Source of the DNA: Mytilus trossulus
Lineage: Eukaryota
Assembly: GCF_036588685.1 (NCBI RefSeq)
Contig: NC_086374.1
Span: 20,212,001-20,276,000, forward strand
DNA: 64,000 bases
Reading direction: 5' to 3'
Positions 60,301 through 64,000 of this stretch are shown here, piece after piece. The notes under the pieces are model-generated. The model was not told where the DNA came from. It was given only the letters and a program-made list of their open reading frames with translations, and did no database searches. The number at the start of each line of letters is the position of its first letter. Position 1 is the first letter of the stretch. Both the position numbers and the translations under genes were made by a program.

Positions 60301-63300
60301 ATTACAACAAATGACAAGAAAGGAGAAATTGAAAATCTCCGACCTTCCTCTAAGACACCATTTAAAAGTTCTGAAGAAAAACTGGTTATAGAATACGTGC
60401 CTACGAAGACAAGACCAATAGCCAATGTTGAACTGGTTTCTACTGATAATGTCAAGACTTATACAGTGCAATTCTTTAATGCAGATGGAACCGTGACAAC
60501 AAAAAAGGTTATTATGACTCCTAGAAATCAATAGGATTAACGGTTTCAAGTTTACTATTTCGTCATCAAAAACAAAATTTAATTGCTGCAAATATGGTCA
60601 GTGAAATTTGAATACTTTGCCTTGTGAGTCTGTAAACTTTATTTTTTCTGTTCTGTAGGTGAAAGTTGGCGAAAAAGCTACAAGTGTTGGAACTAAACCT
60701 GACGTAAGAAAAGTGAATGTAATAATCACACCAGATGACAAGGAAGATTCTTACAAACCTGTACAACTACAATTGAGTGTCCATGCTTGTTTTGAAGTCA
60801 GTAAGTAGAGAATATACACACGTGTTTTAACTGCAGATGTATATCTGTTTAAATAAACCGTCGTATAGTCTATTTGTCTGTTAAGTATCTAAGTGAGTTT
60901 TGTTAAGATTAGACGTTACGTACAGAAAAAAAATATGATCAATTTGAATACATTGTCGTGGTCGATCCAAAGGATTTTTAAAAGTTTCTTGTCTATAATA
61001 ATTGAATGCTGATCAAGTTTTGTTTAATTAATTCTTTTAGTTTCTACGACAATTCCAAGTACAACAACAGTTCCACAGACACCTGTTTCAGCAGTTATCA
61101 CTACAGCCAAGGTTACAGAAACACCTACAGCCACACCAGAAATTACAACTGAAACTATTCAAACATTAAGCGGTAATTATTAAAAAAAACTTTCATAGTT
61201 TTGATGAAATTTTATGATTAATTTTTAAGCAGTGTAAAGTCATATCTAAGTAAATGATTACTAATCAAAAGGAGAGTTATTAATGTTTAATATTTTACAA
61301 GGATATTGGTGAAAGAAATTTAAAGTTGAAACATTTGTAAAATAAAAAGATGCGAAAACAGTTGAAAACGTTTAAGTTGTCTGCTATACTTGACTTTCAA
61401 TAATAATTTTTCAGTAACAAGCGGAAAAGTTACAACACCAACTGTAGTGTCAACGACAAGTCCATCTCCTGGAATTTCAATTACTTGTAAGTATTATTTT
61501 TTCAGTTTTTCTTGTAATATTTGTTTGTTTTATTTTCGCACATTCACATCATAATTGCTGAATTTATTTCGACAGTTAACAATTAGCCTGTCAATACAAC
61601 GGATCAAGCTCCTTAGTGAGTTGATGCCATTGTCTCATCTTTTTGTGCTCTATTCCTTGATTGGATTGTCTTAATGGAGTTATACGATTTTAACATAGGT
61701 TAACTACTGTTGTTTTGATTTTTTTGAATGAAAATCGAGTTACGTTTTCCTTTTCACAGTGTTTATGTATGAATTATAATACTAGTTTGATAATTTTTAA
61801 CATGCTAAAATGTTTCTTTTGTAGCAATAGCAACAACAACTCCCATTTGTGAAGAAACGGATGGAATGGATTCAATAACAACAATACCTTCAACTGAAAT
61901 TACAACAAATGACAAGAAAGGAGAAATTGAAAATCTCCGACCTTCTTCTAAGACACCATTTAAAAGTTCTGAAGAAAAACTGGTTATAGAATACGTGCCT
62001 ACGAAGACAAGACCAATAGCCAATGTTGAACTGGTTTCTACTGATAATGTCAAGACTTATACAGTGCAATTCTTTAATGCAGATGGAACCGTGACAACAA
62101 AAAAGGTTAGTATGACTCCTAGAAATCAATAGGATTAACGGTTTTAAGTTTACTATTTCGTCATCAAAAACAAAATTTAATTGCTGCAAATATGGTCAGT
62201 GAAATTTGAATACTTTGCCTTGTGAGTCTGTAAACTTTATTTTTTCTGTTCTGTAGGTGAAAGTTGGCGAAAAAGCTACAAGTGTTGGAACTAAACCTGA
62301 CGTAAGAAAAGTGAATGTAATAATCACACAAGATGACAAGGAAGATTCTTACAAACCTGTACAACTACAATTGAGTGTCCATGCCTGTTTTGAAGTCAGT
62401 AAGTAAGAAATATACACAGGTGTTTTACTGCAAGAGCATCTGATATCTTACTGTTGCCTTTATTTATCGTTTTAAGATTTGTATAATTAATTTGTCTTTA
62501 GAAGGTCTATGGTGTGTCTTGTTGGCATGAAACTATTGGTAAAAAATTTTAAGTAAAATTATTATATTGTAATTTAGATTTCAAAATGCTTTGCGAAATC
62601 AAACGCTAGATTATATCAACCAACCGAACAAATAGAAACCAACTGTCATATTTTTTTACTTGGTTCAGGCAATCAGGCAAATGACAAGGACAATGGCAGG
62701 TGATCAAGATTTTATAGTACGCTAAATCTGCTACATAACAGTTGTAATTCTGTTATATTAACGAAACATAAAAAAGCAATTCCAACACACATAATTGATT
62801 TAAAAAACAATAATTGAGATCAGGCGGCACATTCTGTAATCAAACATCATATGAATCAAACACAGATGAAAGGTCAATTATATATACAAATTAAGCTAAC
62901 AAAGATGACAACACACATTTTTTTGTAGTTGATATTATATGAATTAAAGAATCAATTGTACATTCAAAGTTATAATATTTTACTGTTATTTGTGTGTTAC
63001 TTAAGAATTAAAGCATGGGGGCTTGAACATATCGTGATTTTACCACGGTTTGGCCCTTTATGACAAATATTTCACCTTGAGCAATACCGAGAGGTAAATA
63101 TCGGCATAAAGGGACAACCCGTGGTAAAGGGTTAAATATTTGTCATTCTAATAGGACAAATACTGCAATTCTGTTGGATCGGAGCGCTCTAGGTGGAGGC
63201 AAATATTTGCCGTAATCATAAATAAACGCACTATTAAATTGGTGTAAAACAAAAGAGCAAACTGAGTTAGTAGCACGTTTAAACTATTTACAATAACGTA

Positions 63301-63775
63301 TTTAGATAGTTTTTGATGAATGTAAATGATTGTTTACTTATATATGTTTTATTTGTTTAAAAATGGCTTATACCACATTTTAGCCTGTTTTTTTTTCTTC
63401 TTTTTTTTTGTGTTGTTATGATTTTCCGATTCACAAGCGTGAATTTTCCCGTAAAATGCATATATTCTTAAGTCATCGTACTATGACGTCGGGTACCTCA
63501 TTCATAAAAAAAAGGCATATGACGTGGGAGTACGATCGGAACAGCCCAGGCAATATATTCATATTTTACAACCGGTGTGTACTCAAAGAGTTTGAAAGAT
63601 GTCATGTTATAATGATATTTCATGCTTTTTGATTTCTCTTTGTCAGCTTCAACGTCAATTCCTAGTACAACTACAGTCCCACACACGTCATCAACGGGAA
63701 CCATCAAGGTCGAGATTACACCAGTAACTACATCTACACCAACAATTTCAAGTGAAACGACTACATCATCAACGG
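293..63775 (+). CDS. Internal part of a giant multi-exon mucin-like gene (~160 exons in window): 40 repeats of [S/T/P-rich linker + Cys-bounded discoidin/F5-8C-like domain], ~8,350 aa in window; 5' end not in window
   Basis: Four exons per repeat with canonical AG/GT boundaries and compatible phases (1-1, 1-0, 0-1, 1-1), 72+281+142+132=627 nt. D1 exon starts: 568, 2095, 3581, 5108, 6636, 8132, 9658, 11185, 12712, 14241, 15737, 17233, 18761, 20287, 21790, 23297, 24830, 26435, 28057, 29679, 31301, 32921, 34541, 36161, 37780, 39400, 41020, 42639, 44257, 45852, 47449, 49047, 50645, 52242, 53840, 55437, 57034, 58631, 60227, 61825. No stop or frameshift noticed in the spliced frame. The product name is inferred from composition and motifs. 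Confidence 0.88.
568..848 (+). CDS. Exon D1, type A (representative): (K)ISTTTPICEETDGMGSITTIP...NADGTVTTRK, N-terminal part of the domain
   Basis: ggtttttag|AGATATCG...CGAAAG|gtttgt; 281 nt, phase 1-0; matches ORF 609..887 up to the donor. Confidence 0.92.
985..1126 (+). CDS. Exon D2, type A (representative): VKVGEKATSIGTKPDVRKVTVIITPDDKEDSYRPVQLQLSVHACFEV, C-terminal part of the domain
   Basis: ttttctttcggtag|GTTAAA...GAAGTCA|gtaagt; 142 nt, phase 0-1; missed by the ORF track. Confidence 0.92.
1360..1491 (+). CDS. Exon L1, type A (representative): TSTPIPSTTAVPQKASTTVVTTAVVSPTPTATPSIISEATTTLQ, mucin-like linker
   Basis: ttttttgtttag|CTTCTACG...TTGCAAG|gtaaag; 132 nt, phase 1-1. Confidence 0.9.
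24830..25110 (+). CDS. Exon D1 of unit 17: A/B chimeric
   Basis: 5' part is A-type (GMGSITT...SNDKTADI...EGQVVIEY); from ~25020 codons are B-type (atagccaat, aatgtc, gtgcaa, ggaacc, actagaaag|gttagt), followed by a B-type intron. Confidence 0.88.
25641..25772 (+). CDS. Exon L1, type B (representative): ISTTIPSTTTVPQTPSSAVITTAVVSPTPTATPEIITETTQTIK
   Basis: attttgtcag|TTTCC...ATTAAAG|gtaatt; 132 nt, phase 1-1. Confidence 0.9.
26023..26094 (+). CDS. Exon L2, type B (representative): VTSEKVTTPTQVSTTSPSPGISIT
   Basis: catttttcag|TAACC...ATTACTT|gtaagt; 72 nt, phase 1-1. Confidence 0.88.
26435..26715 (+). CDS. Exon D1, type B (representative)
   Basis: ttcttctgtag|CAATAGCA...AGAAAG|gttagt; 281 nt, phase 1-0. 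Confidence 0.9.
26871..27012 (+). CDS. Exon D2, type B (representative): VKVGEKAISVGTKPDVKKVNVIITPDDKEDSYKPVQLQLSVHACFEV
   Basis: tgtcctgtag|GTGAAA...GAAGTCA|gtaagt; 142 nt, phase 0-1. Confidence 0.9.
44257..44537 (+). CDS. Exon D1, type C (representative)
   Basis: ttcttttgtag|CAATAG...ACAAAAAAG|gttagt; 281 nt. Confidence 0.9.
44689..44830 (+). CDS. Exon D2, type C (representative)
   Basis: ttctgttctgtag|GTGAAA...GAAATCA|gtaagt; 142 nt. Confidence 0.9.
45069..45200 (+). CDS. Exon L1, type C (representative): ISTTIPSTTTVPQTPVSAVITTAKVTETPTATPEITTETIQTLS
   Basis: ttcttttag|TTTCT...TTAAGCG|gtaatt; 132 nt. Confidence 0.9.
45442..45513 (+). CDS. Exon L2, type C (representative): VTSGKVTTPTLVSTTSPSPGISIT
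   Basis: aatttttcag|TAACA...ATTACTT|gtaagt; 72 nt. Confidence 0.88.
62257..62398 (+). CDS. Exon D2 of the last (40th) unit
   Basis: ctgtag|GTGAAA...GAAGTCA|gtaagt; carries ITQDD (P>Q); the downstream intron departs from the C consensus after ~30 bp. Confidence 0.9.
62399..63646 (+). other. Expanded 1248-bp intron ending the periodic array (D2-L1 introns in the array are ~233-250 bp)
   Basis: gtaagt donor at 62399; tgtcag acceptor at 63646; sequence is unique within the window. Confidence 0.8.
63039..63211. mobile_element. Inverted-repeat/palindrome cluster, probably part of a non-autonomous DNA element inserted in the intron
   Basis: Imperfect IR 63039-63077 / 63092-63128; perfect 13-bp IR 63060-63072 / 63134-63146; palindromes GAGCGCTC (63182-63189) and GGCAAATATTTGCC (63198-63211). 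Element boundaries and TSD not identified. Confidence 0.45.
63647..63775 (+). CDS. Divergent L1-type linker exon: TSTSIPSTTTVPHTSSTGTIKVEITPVTTSTPTISSETTTSST
   Basis: ctctttgtcag|CTTCAACG...TCAACGG|gtaagt; 129 nt, phase 1-1; shares IPSTTTVP with L1 and is one codon shorter. Confidence 0.85.
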
Positions 63776-63909
63776 GTAAGTGTTTAGCTGGTAGTCCCAG
63801 TTATCTTTTAAGAGATATATTATAGCAGCTTATGTATGCTATATCAAGGTAGTTGACATCAATCAAATGCTGTAGGAAGTTGATAACTTGTTTACAATTT
63901 ATTTTATAG

Positions 63910-63970
63910 GGGGGTTCCAAATCGATAACAACACCTTATTTATGTGAACGATCAGTCCCTTTCCACATTT
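63910..63970 (+). pseudogene. Probable decayed L2-type exon (or stop-containing terminal exon)
   Basis: attttatag acceptor; at the same offset as L2's GTG TCA ACG ACA AGT CCA TCT CCT it reads ATG TGA ACG ATC AGT CCC TTT CCA; in-frame TGA at 63945-63947; no GT donor at the expected position 63982. Confidence 0.45.
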
Positions 63971-64000
63971 TTTTAAATTACAAAAATGTTTTACTATTGA

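Larger units (their letters stand above)
43971..62430 (+). repeat. Tandem array block C: 12 units of ~1595-1598 bp
   Basis: Same exon lengths; introns ~338/151/238-240/241 bp, alignable to block B introns but diverged; variants NDKKGEI, VTTKK, AKVTETP. Confidence 0.95.

Noticed and set aside
609-62132. Plus-strand ORFs of 63-171 aa as independent small genes in a tandem gene cluster
   Set aside because: They are exons reading through into introns. Conservation between blocks stops exactly at the AG/GT boundaries, the ATG is an internal DGM Met, and the spliced frame has no stop between units.
530-62364. Repeated minus-strand ORFs (MILSVETSS..., MNKIKFRDH..., MTLSVETSS..., MQQLNFVF..., MYRFVRIF...)
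   Set aside because: They are antisense shadows of the + strand exons. Their ends vary with intron indels, and all splice signals are on the + strand.
1-62430. CRISPR array, non-coding satellite or tandem transposon array
   Set aside because: Units are 1.5-1.6 kb with no unique spacers, no transposase or RT motifs and no terminal repeats. Exon-specific conservation indicates coding sequence.
63408-63707. ORFs 63408..63632 (+) and 63498..63707 (-)
   Set aside because: Short with no recognisable motif. One lies in the intron; the other is partly the antisense of the divergent L1 exon.
293-63775. Assigning a specific gene name (MUC2/MUC5AC, SCO-spondin, hemolectin)
   Set aside because: No VWD, TIL, TSP1, LDLa or cystine-knot exons are visible in the window, so orthology cannot be supported.

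Overview
AT-rich eukaryotic (animal) genomic DNA, not prokaryotic. Almost the whole window (1 to ~62.4 kb) is a head-to-tail tandem array of 40 copies of a ~1.5-1.6 kb module on the + strand. Each module holds four GT-AG exons: L2 (72 nt), D1 (281 nt), D2 (142 nt) and L1 (132 nt). They total 627 nt and splice in frame into a 209-aa repeat: a ~130-aa Cys-to-Cys domain (CEETDGM...LQLSVHACFEV) whose motif order resembles a degenerate, Trp-less F5/8 type C (discoidin-like) domain, plus a ~76-aa linker that is ~60% Ser/Thr/Pro (mucin-like). This implies the interior of one giant beads-on-a-string mucin-like gene, with about 8,350 codons in this window and no start codon or signal peptide visible. 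The array has three homogenised blocks: A (17 units, ~1527 bp period), B (11 units, ~1620 bp) and C (12 units, ~1597 bp). The A/B junction is a chimeric exon and the B/C junction lies in an intron. After unit 40 the periodicity breaks: a 1.25-kb intron with repeat-like and hairpin sequence, a divergent L1 exon, and a probable decayed or stop-containing L2 exon. The supplied ORF track shows only exon read-throughs and antisense shadows.
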